Shown piece after piece: positions 11,536 to 23,520 of a DNA stretch of 64,000 nt. Below the pieces are notes generated by a model. That model saw only the letters and a list, made by a program, of their open reading frames with translations. It had not been told where the DNA came from and searched no databases. Origin of the DNA: Antechinus flavipes (taxonomy: Eukaryota); assembly GCF_016432865.1 (NCBI RefSeq), contig NC_067398.1, positions 81,220,001 through 81,284,000 of the forward strand. The letters are read 5' to 3'. Position numbers and translations under genes: made by a program. The stretch's first letter is position 1; the number at the start of each line of letters is the position of its first letter.

Positions 11536-13242
11536 CTAAGGACTAATCCCCCAACCTTGATTTAGAGGTAAAACCTGCTCATTCCCTGGTGACTCGTCAA
11601 TGGCAGGCACTGGGAGAGACCTTCCAGGTCCAGCTCAGCTCCGTCTCCCCCAAGAAGCCTTGAATGACCACACCGGTCCACGGTGATTATTCTAACTCCT
11701 TAGCGGCTGACTTTAGCTGTCTGTACCACTCGCTGGGCCACCGCACCGCACCCAGTCCTCCTGTCTCTAACGCCCAGCAGTGCACTTGATCACACATTAT
11801 CGTGGGCACTTCCAGGGGGGCCCTAGGTGGTCCAGGCTGGGAATTTCCTGAGACCAGAACCTTCTTTGTGTTCTTCTCAGGGAATCCCATGAGGGCAGAG
11901 CCTGGGTCTGCTCGGCCTCCGCCACTCCTCCCCCAAACTGGGGGTCCTTGGATAGAGCTTGGGGCTAGAAGTTACAAGCAGAGATGGACCCGGGCTTCTC
12001 CCCCGCCCCTGATCATTCTTCTCTACTAAGGAGACAACCTGCTGTCCCAGTAAGGGCTCTGGACTTGGAGTCTCCTGCCTCTGAGCTTTACTGGTGTTAG
12101 ATCCACGAGGAAGACAGGAACTGAGCTCTTTGAACCTCGATTTCTTCATCTGCAAAGTGGGAATATTAGTACCCATAGTCCTCATCTCGGAAATTACCCT
12201 GAGAGCCAACAGAGGTTGTTTGTAAAAGACTTTGCCAAATTCTACGTAAATGTCAGATATTAAGGAGGCGGAACGGACTTTGAGAACTGGAAGAGACCTC
12301 AGACTTCATGGAGCGCAAATCCCTTTGTTTTTCAGAAGGGGAGAGAAGAAGGTCCCCAAAGTCCCAAAACAAATCTGGGGCTCGAGCAAGTTTCCAAACT
12401 CCCAGTTCAGGGAGAAAAGGCAAGTAAAGGGAATCAATCAACAAGTATTCATTAAGCACCACGTCAGGCTCTGGGGTCACAAACCTCAACAAACGATGAG
12501 ACAAAGATACTCCCAGGGAGCTTTCTGGGAGGGAGGGATTGGGGCGAGGGAGAGAAGGAGATGGCAAGAATGAGCCATTGTCCGTGTCCACTTCATGTCC
12601 CGGGCCGTGCGCTTAGGAAAGAGAGGGCAGAGAAAGGAGAGAGAGCAAGGACGGAAGACAGAAGTTGGGGCCGCACAGACTCTGACTCGGGGCCCTGAGC
12701 GTGGGAGAAGGCTTGGGCACAGGCTTGGGCACCCGTATGGCTGCCAACAAGTGGTGTTAGGGGCAGAAGCTAGGCTAGAGGAGTGTCACCCAAGAGCAGA
12801 GGACTGGGGAAGGGGAAAGGACTCCCTGGACAAATTGGGAAATTCCGCTGGAGGCGGAAGAAAAGTTTCTACATGAAGAGGGAACCACAAAGGGATGGAG
12901 GGACAAGGCAGCCCCACCAACCAGCGATCTGTCTCCTCCTGCTGTGGTGCCTTGTGAGGACGAGGGAGGGGAGACTGTGCTGGGGATGAGAGGAGAGCCG
13001 TCATGGGGCCCGGGGCCCGAGTGGACACACAAGCCGTCATCTTCGCCGTCTGTGGCTGTATTTGAACTCGGGGAGATGAGTCTTCCCAAGGCCAGATCCA
13101 GCACTCTATCCTCTGCACTCCTTGTGAAAGGAGGTTACCCAGTCAGAATGACAAAGCTCAGCCAATATCCGGCAAAACTAACCAGAATATTGAAAGAAAA
13201 ATAAAGGACATTTAACACACACACATACAAAAGGAGGATACC

Positions 13243-13352
13243 GTGGATAGAGCCCTGAAGTCAGGAGGACCCGAGTTCAAATCCAGCCTCAGACACTTCC
13301 CACTTCCTAGCGGGGGGGACTCTGGGTGAGTCACTTAACCCCAGTTGCCAAA
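13243..13352 (+). mobile_element. Young 5'-truncated tRNA-derived SINE (WSINE1-like)
   Basis: B-box-like GAGTTCAAATCC, short CORE-SINE body and A-tail, flanked by a perfect 14-bp TSD AAAAGGAGGATACC (13229-13242, 13353-13366). Confidence 0.8.
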
Positions 13353-14189
13353 AAAAGGAGGATACCAGGTTCCACCTTAGCCCACCCTCTATACAGAAGG
13401 TGAGTATAAACTTACGCTTCCCCCCATTTGATTGTAACCTTCTCGAGGGCAGGGACTGGATTGTTTTTCACCTTCACTTCCCCAAAGTCCCGCATTTAGA
13501 GACAAAATAAACGTAGAATTGAAATGGGAAATGGAACAATGATGCCGGTTTTGCCTCTGAGGAACAGTGAAGCTCGGAGGAGAAAAGGCACTTATCCCAC
13601 AAGTTAATGGCAAAGCGGGGCTTGGAATCCACTTCTCTCCAGAGACATGCCTGAAAATCACCTGAGGTCAGTTCTCTGGGAACAGGTGGGAGGGAGGGGC
13701 TTGTTGTCCAGTCAGTTCCGTCCGTGTCCCACTCGCCTGTTCAGGGTTTTCTGGGCCTTTTCTGCCATTTCCTCCTCCCCTCGGCCCAGGACGGCCGCCA
13801 CCTTGTTGTGCTTTCAGCACACGGGGGGAGTGGGAGCTCCTGGCCGTTGGGCAGAGCCCGCGCTGGTCCAGCCCGGGCAGGGGGATCCTGGGCAGGGAGG
13901 CTTGCCCATGTGGGCCCCTGGGCCCGGAGGATGGAGTAGCCATCCACCCCTTACTCACGGACAGCATTTACACAAGGCCCTGGGACGGAGCTCCAGTGGC
14001 CCAGTAAGAGTTCCCCTCCTGCTCCCAGACCCAGGGCCCGGGGCCACAGACAGGCTCCCAGCTTTCGGACCCTCCCGGGTCCCTCGGGGCGACCCGGTTT
14101 CTCCTCCAGCGGGAAATCTGCTCCCCTTGGGGTATGAATCCCAGAAACCAGGCCGTGCCAGAGGCTGCCGGCTCCTCTCCCCAGACCCC

Positions 14190-14300
14190 GACACTGTGAC
14201 AATTACCAAGTGTAATTACACACGATCGGGGGCCATAATTGCTGAGCCTGCAGGCAGGCTATTTACCGGCAAACACTATTAATTTACTGTGCAATTAGGG
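14190..14300. promoter_or_regulatory. Candidate enhancer: TAAT/FOX cluster in a GC-rich island
   Basis: Multiple TAAT/ATTA cores, palindrome TGTAATTACA, FOX-type TATTTAC and GCAAACA. Confidence 0.45.
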
Positions 14301-14959
14301 AGTGCAGAGAGAGGACTGGGAGGTACCTCCTGGCCCCACTCCCCCCTCCCCAGAGAGCCAGGGCCCGAGCTCTCTCTCCTCTCCCACAGAGCGAACACTT
14401 CCCCCAGTTCCCAGAGTCCTCCTGCCCACGGCCCTCACTGGACTCTCTAGTTTGCTGTTTTGGATAATTGAAAACTTATTTTTCTATTTTAAAAATTTTA
14501 CAGTATGTATTATATATAACATATATTATTAATAATATTTATTATTGAAATGGAAATTTATTGTTTCCTATTTTGAATCCTCTCATGTTCTAGCTGAAAA
14601 TTCTTACTGGGATTTGGTTTTTCCCTTTTCCACGCTTTGTCTCTCCTGTCAGACTGACTTCCCCACTCTCGAGGAAGTCACAATCTTATTCTTCTCCTGC
14701 CCCCACCCAAGTTTAGCCGAGCACAGCAGAGCTCAGGAAAGGCCTCTGACCGGTCCAAAAGATAGAAATTCTCTCCTTTTTCAGGTAAAGAAACTCTTGC
14801 CTAGAGACTTTAAGGGACCTGCTTAAGGTCCTATTGGGAGCTAATGACCATCAAGGCCTGGAGCTAGGTTTTCAGGTCAGTGCTTTTTCTGCTAATGGAA
14901 AGTAATTGTAAAGTTTTCTTGAAAACACTGAAATATCCCTGCCCGCCGGCCCAGACATT

Positions 14960-15870
14960 TCACTTTTAGGCATGCGCCAAGGAACTCATTGTTAAAAAAG
15001 AAAGGTCTCATATCCATCAAGATATTTATAGCCACACATTTTGTAGGAGCAAAGAACTAGAAAGGAGGTAGAAGCCCTTCAATAGGGGGATGACTAAACC
15101 ATGGTTGTACATAAATGGAATGGAATATTCCTGGCCAGAAGAAACCATGAGTGAGTTGAAGGAGCCTTATATGAACTGATGCAAGGTGAAATGAGCAGAA
15201 CTAGGAAAACAATATACACAATGACCATGATGTAAATGGAAACAGCAACAGGGTGATTAAGATTCAGTGCTGCCCAATAATAATTATATATATAAAATAA
15301 CAAGATTGATCCCAAAGAGGAGAGAGGAAAAGGCACCTTCCTTGTGGAGGATTAGGAGTGTGGAATATAAAATAGTGCATATGATATTCCACATATAATA
15401 TTAGACTTTAATCTCCGAAAATCCCTGGATATTCATACCACTTGGATGACCTGAGGGTTGCCTTACCATCCTCCCCAAGACATGCTTTCCAGGTCCTTGG
15501 TCACTGTCATCTAGACTGATGTTGTGCCGTTAGGATTTCTGGGGTTTGCTATTCTTATCCTGCAGCTGTGCTTTTTGACACGTATTGTCTTCCCTAATTA
15601 TTGTGGAAGCTCCTCCGGAGTGAGGATGTCCCTTTTTTTCCTGTTTTTATCCCTAGCCCTCAGCAAACTGCTTGGCATATAGGAAGAGATTCATAAATAC
15701 CTTTTCAGTCATTCATTCATTTTAGATGAATTAGTTTTGCTGAACTGCTTTTGTTCTTCCTTTTCATATTTTGTTATAAGGTATAGTTCTGAAGGGGAAA
15801 AGAGGGAGAAATACAATGGGAAAGGTAGGGGATGTAAAAACAGAAAATATCAATAAAATTATCTTTTAAA
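14960..15870 (+). mobile_element. Old, fragmented L1 ORF2-end/3'UTR
   Basis: Degenerate TTTATAGC...TTTGTAG...GCAAAGAACT ORF2-end motif and GAACTGATGCAA...GAAATGAGCAGAAC; interrupted by other sequence. Confidence 0.65.
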
Positions 15871-16140
15871 CAGAATCTTAAAAATCCTTCGTGAGCCCAT
15901 TGAGACTTGTTGATACTACCCATATGAGCCCTTCTAGAATTAACTAGTTATCCATAATCACATTGCTCTGGGGGGAGTAAATGATCATTAACATATCAAT
16001 AAACTCCCAACATCCATTTTCACTAAGAGGACACATTATCCTTGTGTCCAGATAATAGAATAAATCTATGTTGTCCCTCTCTGTACTCCAGATGTGATTT
16101 CTCTCAACTGGAATCATAATGATTTGTTCCTAGTTCTAAA

Positions 16141-16623
16141 TGATGTGTTTGGGGTTCAGTGCCAAATGACGAGACTGATGGAGGGCACCAAATTTTGGGG
16201 TTCAGTGATGTGAAGAATTCACAATGACCATTCCCTTTGGCAAAAGGTAAGTTTATTTAGGAGAAGAGGTTATGGGCAAAATGAAGGGGTACAATAGGCA
16301 CCAGGAGAGGTAAATATGAGATGGAATTGGGAGAGCATATAATAATTAACAGAGGAAAAGACAAGTTCAGAAAAACGCCATGAAACATGGTGTGGGAAAT
16401 GAGAAAAAAGACATGACTTCCACCATGGAGGACTGACCCAAAAGGGATTCAGCAAGGATGGCTTGAGCATGGACAGATTTATAGAGAAAATTTAATCTCA
16501 GGGGTTTGATACAGAGCAAGATGGGAGTACCCACGATTTCCACAAAGTGGGACTTAAAAATTAAACCATCCCCATCAGTGTCCTTCCCAGCTTGCCTCAG
16601 AGAGTGATTTTATCAATTCTTCA
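16141..16623 (-). mobile_element. Probable solo LTR
   Basis: TG...CA ends. On the minus strand a TATAAA (~16480) precedes AATAAA (~16255). Internal duplication of TTTGGGGTTCAGTG. No TSD found. Confidence 0.45.
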
Positions 16624-17164
16624 GGCTCTTTCCTATAAATGAGGACCTCATCAATTAAGACCAAGGATCCAAAATAGGAAGGGATTCCAATCTTTCCAAA
16701 CCCCTCATTCACCAGATGGAGATGCTGAGGATCTCCACAGATCACACACACACTTGCCATGACCAGGGACATAGAAACTGGCAGAGGTCAGGTTCAAAGC
16801 CATGCGCTCTGACTTAAAATCCAAGTCTCTTTCTACTTTATTTGGCTCCTGACACTCTCAGTGACCCTTTTCTGGACCTTTTCAGTACCATTTGCTTAGT
16901 GTGGATTAGTGTTTGAACACAGCCCATGGAAATCCTTGCAGTGATTAGAATATAGAAGTCAAATATATGTCTCACGGGCTACATGAGGCTCACAATACTC
17001 CTGAGTATTACTCAAACCAGATTAAAATGTAATTGGGAAATGTTTAAATAAAATAAATGGAAAAATAAAATGTATAATAAATTAAAAAAATTTTAAATTA
17101 AATAAATAAAACACAGATAATATTAACATGTGTTTTTCTGAGCCAATATACAGCCCATAGGGAT

Positions 17165-17525
17165 GCTTCTGAGTGCTTCAGTTCTACTTGACTTTGATAC
17201 CACTAGGCTGGAGGAACTAGAAACTAGATCATTCAAAATTCAGTTGAAGGTGGTAGGAAGAGGCCATAAGGAAGATGTGATAGTCATTTTCAAATACTTG
17301 AAGGACTGTCATGTGAAAGAGGAAAATATTTGTATTTTAAGTAACGTAAAACTTCCTTAACAATTGGAACTATTTAAAAGTGAGATTAGTTACTTTGAGA
17401 AGTAGTGAGTTCCCTATCATAGAAAATATTCACACAAAACCCAGATAATCACTGATCAAAGATGTCATAGAGAGGATGCCTGGATTAGATCCTGAAGCCC
17501 CTTCCAACTTTGAGAATGTGTGACT
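17165..17525 (+). mobile_element. L3/CR1 3' fragment
   Basis: Degenerate CR1 terminal motifs (AAACTTCCTTAACAATT, GTAGTGAGTTCCCTATCA). Confidence 0.65.
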
Positions 17526-17799
17526 TCTTTTAAAATTCAGAGAGTCCTTTCTTGGAAAGTAGAGATTCGAGTCAATTTAACAAGCATTTAATCATTTACT
17601 AAGTCCCAGGCCCCGTGCTAAGCATTGGAACCATTCCTAATATATCAGGTCAGAAGGTGGAACGAAACTTGATTTGGAAGGTGAGTTTAAAACGTGGGCG
17701 AGTCCTAAATCCATCAAGAAATCAAAGAAGAAAAGGTGTCCTGGGCAAGATCATCTGAACTTTCCCCAATTCACCTCCAAACTATAAAACAGAACCTCA

Positions 17800-18320
17800 A
17801 AAGATCTCGTGAGCACAAAAATATTCGTGGCAATTCCTTTTTTGTAGTGACAGAGAAATGGAAAGGGGGTGACTATGAACTCAGGAATGGCTGGAGAAAT
17901 TATAGCTAATCACTGTAATGGAATACTATTGAGCTATAAGAAATGGGAGGGGTTTGGTTTCAGAGAAAACAGACTTGTATGAACTGATTCAAAGTGATGG
18001 GCAGAAAACAATGTATGGGATAACACTGCAAAAGAAACAAACAACTTCAGAAAAAGACCTAAGAACTATATTTGAAATGATGACTACCCACGGTCCCAGA
18101 GGACCAATAATGAAGCAGAGAAATCATCAGGATTTCTCAGGATATAGACTGAGACATGCAGATATTTTGGGCATGGCCAATGCAAGAATTTGTTTAGTTG
18201 GAAAATACATATTTGTTACAAAAATGCATACTTGTTTTTATCTGGGGGGGGGGGTGGAGACGGAGAAGTGCAAAGGAGAGTATATTTTTTGTTAATTGCA
18301 TAAAATTTAATTTAATTTTT
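17800..18320 (+). mobile_element. Old L1 ORF2-end/3'UTR fragment
   Basis: Degenerate L1 ORF2 C-terminal motifs (TTTGTAGTG...AGAAATGG, GGAATACTATTG, GAACTGATTCAAAGTGA). Confidence 0.65.
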
Positions 18321-18904
18321 AAAAATATGACTCACCCAGACTCTCTCACTCTGAGATTTGTCTCTCAGTTGCAAGTCTCAGCTGTCAAACTCTGCCTGCT
18401 CCAACATCCTGGCTGGACTCCAGGTCATAGCTGACTTTATCCCAGATGTGATGAGGTCAGAAGGCAAGAAAGGCAAGTTCCAGGAGCAAGCAGAAAATTT
18501 GGGCCTTTGAGTGTTTACTGCAGGATTGGGGTGGGGAGAATAGAGCCCTGAGCCCAGAGCTTGGGTTGAAGGAGAGAGGGACATCTGAAGTACAAGGTAG
18601 AAGTGAACATATTATTATAATTCACCTTTTCTTCCTAGGGCCCTGGGACTTAATGACAAATAGGAGAGGCTGTCAAGAATATGTTTATTAAATGAGACCA
18701 TCATTTTCTGTTGAATGGACAAGAGGAACACCAGCTATTTAGTGTTAAAAAAATTAGATTAACCATCATCATCATCAACAACAACAACAAGCATTTATGA
18801 AGCACTTACTGCTTGCCTCATACTGCACTAAATAAGCACTGAGGATACACATAGAGGCAAAAATAGTCCCTTCCCTCAGGGCACTTGAAGTTGTTGAGGG
18901 CAAC

Positions 18905-19290
18905 AACTCTGTTGTTGTTTGTCCTTTGCTCTGGAAGAGGAGCATGACATCAGGGAAGCCATGCCATGCCATGCAAGGAAACTGGATTTAAGTGAGGGAG
19001 GGATGAAGGAGATCACCTGCCTCACGTTCTCCTCCGGAGCCGTCTGGGTCCAGATGTAGATCAGGAGCGCTGGAGATGGCCTGGATGCAGTGGGAGACTT
19101 TGACTTTTTAAGCTAAGATCTTCAACAGGTCTTATTTTGACTGAGGCAACACACATTCAATGATTAAGACTGGACAGTAATTGAGGGAAAGAATGGCATC
19201 AACCTAGTCAAACAAAAGAAAATTATCTAAATAAATAAATCTGGGAGAAGACACTCAGGGTTTCTGGCCCAAACAGGAATGATTGACCTA
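18905..19290. mobile_element. Marsupial SINE (WALLSI/RTE-associated type; family name uncertain)
   Basis: Recalled marsupial repeat beginning GTTGTTGTTTGTCCTT...GAAGAGGA.CATGACATCAGGGA; not verified by search. Confidence 0.55.
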
Positions 19291-21164
19291 TGAGAGATAT
19301 AAATTAAAATGGCCAGTCCATTCAGGACCTAGGAGTGATACAAGGTCCCAGAAGAGGAAGCAGAGGGAATGCTGAACTATATAGAACCTTCCCCAGCATC
19401 CCTTCTCTGCTGCTCAGGGACCCGAAATTCCACCATTAGTCCTTCCTCCCTCTCAACAAAGACTCATATCTTGAATACAGAAAGTACTCAATAAATGCTT
19501 ATTGATTCAGATGGCATCGAACTTAATTGTGAGATATACCGCTCCCTGACTTTGACATGGAGTCATCCCTTGTCCTTCACTAAACCTACTGCCCTAAAGC
19601 TTTCTCGCTAGCCCAGCCTCAGTTTCCCCACTGTCTCCTCTGTCCTCTCCACCTCCTCCAGATTCAGTCATAAAATGAGAAAAAAATGTTATGTTGAAAA
19701 CTATCTTTACATGTATTTAAGAAAAAAAAATTAGCAAAAGGAAAAAAAGTAAGAAAAAGGATTCAGGATTGCCCCTCCATTGCTGGTATTGCGAGCAAAG
19801 CAGAGACGAAAACCTAGGGGTTCCTAAGCCCAGCCAGTCAGCCCTTCCTTATCTACAGCCCCCAGCTCTTCTCATTAAGTAAAGAGCAGGACACATAAAG
19901 TCAGGAAAACCTGAATTCAAATTCTGCCTTAGATACTTGCTCCTGGGTGACTCCATGCAAGTCTGGTGCCCTCTCAACTATAAAATAGAAAATATAATAA
20001 CATCTACCTCATAGGGTCGTTGTGGACCAAATGAAATAGCATATAGTACTTTGTAAATGATACCTGCTCCTTCTCCATCTTTAGTTTTTCTCAAAACTGA
20101 TAGTCTGTTTTTCAGGGGCTTACTAGATGTATCTAAATCATCCAACCTCTATGATACTCAGTATTCCTACCTGTAAAATGGGTTGTTGTTAGGATCAAAT
20201 GAGATATAACATGTAAAGTGCTCTGGATTCCTTCAATCTTTTATTATGGACATGTGGCATGTTATTTTTCCTGCTGCTTGGCAAAGGATTAGGGTATAGT
20301 AAACAGAGTTCCAAATTTTGCATCAGAAAACCCAGAATCACATCCTGGTTCTGCTATTTACTACCTACATGATTTGGGGAAACTACCTCTTCCCTCTGGC
20401 CTTCTCTTTCCTCATTTATAAACTTGGAAGAGGGGGAACTAGACTAAGATCCCTTCCAACTCTCCATTATATGATCCTGAAAGCCAATCCAAATTATGTA
20501 TGTCATCTGTTAACAGCTCATTTTGCAGATGAGAAAACCAAGGCGAGGTTAAATGGCTTGCCCAAGATCTCACAGCTTGTAAGTGTCCGAGATTTGAAGT
20601 CAGATCTTTCTGATTCAGGCTTGAAATTCTAATCCACCATTTTACATAAGATAATTCTGTCCCAGGAAACTCACACAGGTCACACAGCTAGCACTGTTGG
20701 AACTAAACCCCATTCCCTGGACTGCTAGCCCAGGTATTTTTCCAGTGTTCCATCTGGGGCAAACTCTTCAGGGACATCAAGACACCCTTCCTTCCCCTGC
20801 AAATTAGAACAACTCTCCCATACAGACCCATTTAGGTCCCTCAGAGCCTCTCTTTACCAGGTGAGAGATAAAGGGCCCCCTGGAAATGAGACGTCCCCAC
20901 AGAGTCACTCTCTCTGAGGGCTGAAAAACTGGTGGGAAAAACGCAGAGCCCCAAGCAATGAAACTGCCTAAATGAGAACCACAGGGGATCATAGATAGAA
21001 CTTAGAAAAGAAGGGGACTAGGTAAGTATCTAGTCAAGAGAACCTGAGTTCAAATTCAGGCTCTTACATTAATAAAATGGAATCTCCTTGAAGGCATGAC
21101 TAGTTTATACATGTACTCCTTCCTTCACAGGATTCTTGTGAGGGAAGGATTTTGTAATCCTTAA

Positions 21165-21365
21165 AGCATGATAATAATATATATTAAAATATATAATGAC
21201 ACTTTTTATACATAGTTACATAATAATAATATGTACAATTAATATTATGTATGTTGTATAATATATAATTAATATTATTATAGCATATAATAATTATTAT
21301 TGTATCTAATATCTTATATAACTAATATGTGATATAATGATGGAAATTATTATCAATTATTATTG
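21165..21365. repeat. AT-rich low-complexity tract
   Basis: Degenerate (TA/TAA) repeats; a similar tract lies at ~7890-7975. Confidence 0.8.
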
Positions 21366-21469
21366 TTCAGCTAATTCCTTATTTTTCAAAATGAGGAGCT
21401 TAAAGTCAAGAGATGGTAAATGATCATCTTAAGACCACATACATAATCATCAGAGAGCTGGATCAAGAT

Positions 21470-21685
21470 GGGCAGCTAGATGACACAGAGCTAGGTCTGA
21501 AGTTTGGGAAGGCCTGAGTTCAAATCCAAGCTGTGTGAGCCTGGGCAAGTCACTTTATTCTGTTTGCCTCAGTTTCCTCATCTGGAAAATGAGCTAGAGA
21601 AGAAAATGGCTAACCACACCAGTATCTCTGCCAAGAAAACCTTAAATGGGGTCACAAAGAATCAGACACAATTGGACAACAAAAA
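21470..21685 (+). mobile_element. Mar1-type CORE-SINE
   Basis: tRNA head GGGCAGCTAG...GAGTTCAAATCC, CORE, and RTE tail GCCAAGAAAAC...GGGGTCAC. Confidence 0.8.
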
Positions 21686-23019
21686 GACCAAGGACCTGTC
21701 ACTCTATACTCTACTCTCTTTCCTCTGCTCCACATCTAAGAAGGAGTGTAGTGTATGGCAATGAGTTCTGGGGCCACCAGGACAGATATCTCCTCTCCAG
21801 GGACAGCTAGGTTGATACATGAGCCACTTCTGTCCTTATCTGTCCTGGACCTTCTCCTAACTGGACTCTGAAGAGGGGAACTTTTGAGTATATAAAGGGA
21901 GAGTGACAAAGTGGCCCTATATTTTCCACTAATCAAATGTTCTTCCTAGAATGCTTCTGGCCCTTTGGGGGAATTAATATGGAGGCAGGGCTCCAACTCA
22001 TTCATCCCTCTCTCTTTCTCTATCTTCCCAGTCAGATCTTCTTGTCCATCAGTCTATTAGTCCTGGAAGCCTGGGGGAAAGATCTCCCCAACCCTGTACC
22101 AAGCACTTTACCAGTTCACTCAGCAGCATTGTGGGAAGAGGGAGACCTGACGATTCTCAACCGCTCCCTAGACCCACAGTGGCCAGTGCAGACACAGGAG
22201 AAAAGCCTGGTGCCATGGAAAGGGCTCTGATCTGGGAGACAGGAAAGCAAGAATCTGCATTCTTGCCTTGTCCCTAACCCTGGGGGGCTTTGGACAACTC
22301 CTTTCCTTCCTATGGTCTTCGGTTTTCCCAGCTGTGCAATGAGGGAGTCAGATCTGAGATCTCTTCCAAATGAGTTTCTATTTCTAATCTTCAACAAGAA
22401 CCAAGCAACTACTAATTGAGCACATTTAAAATGGCCTCAGTCTGTGCATTCATTGGAGGAGTCCACCAGAAAGGATGCTCTATCCTCACTTCAGTGCACA
22501 CACATGTGCATCCAGCTCTGTGTCCGAGAAGGAAAAGGCTTCATGCTGCCCTTGGGGAGCTTACATAGCCATACTTACTGCCTGGTGTGGACAAAATCCG
22601 ATAGTCAGGTAGAAGAAACCTGGATTCAGATCCTGCCTCTAACACTTACTAGCCATAAAATCTACCAAACAGGGCTGTGGCAAGGGTCCCATAAGACAGC
22701 TCTTGTAAAGCATTTTCCAACCAAAAAGTATTACAAAATGCAAAAGGTACTACATGTCTATTTAATTTTTATTTTTATGTATGATTGTATGGATATTAAA
22801 TGTTGTTATAATCAACCAATAAGTAAACACTTACTGAACACCTACAAAAAGAAGCAAAAATAATTCTTGCCCTCAACAGTTTACAATCTAGTGAGACAAC
22901 ATGCCGACAAATGTATACAAAGCAAGCTACCTACAGAATAAATAGGAAGTCATTAAAAGAGGGAAAGCACTGAAATGGAGAAGAATTAGGGAAGGTTTCC
23001 TGCAGAAGATGGAATTTTG

Positions 23020-23240
23020 TAGTTCAATCATATCTGACTCCTTGTGACTCCATTTGAGATTTTCCTGACAGAAACTCTGGAGTAGTTTGCTATTTCCTTC
23101 TCAGTTCATTTTACCAATGAGAAAACTGAGGCAAACATTTGTCCAGGGTCACATAGCTATGTCTAAGACTGGATTCGAACTCAGGCCTTCCTGACTCTGG
23201 ACCTGGTGCTTGTGCACTGTGGTGCCATCTAATTGCTCCC
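23020..23240 (-). mobile_element. Mar1-type CORE-SINE
   Basis: Antisense RTE tail, CORE and tRNA head. Confidence 0.75.
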
Positions 23241-23259
23241 TTTATATTCATTGCCATTA

Positions 23260-23520
23260 TTAAAAGGAAATGAACATTTGATGTTGTGGCAGGATTGCCA
23301 CCAGCAGGTGACAGCTATTTTTAATATGGCTTTGCCCTAATTAACACAGAGCTGGAAACATGTCGATTGGCTCGGAGGGCATCTTGGCTTGGGGAAATTT
23401 CATTCTAAAGGGTCTGTAAGGATTTATGGAAGCAACAGATTTGGGCACAGTGGCAAGCAGCAGATGGCAGTGGCCAGCCCAAATAAGAAGCAGCAGATAC
23501 CAGGCGGAACATCAGTATCA
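23260..23520. promoter_or_regulatory. Candidate muscle-type enhancer
   Basis: Adjacent E-box, TALE and MEF2 consensus sites in unique sequence. Confidence 0.4.

Noticed and set aside
13647-14282. 211-aa ATG-initiated ORF
   Set aside because: Lies in a GC-rich island with overlapping ORFs in several frames, has low-complexity composition, and runs through a putative enhancer motif cluster; no homology recognised.
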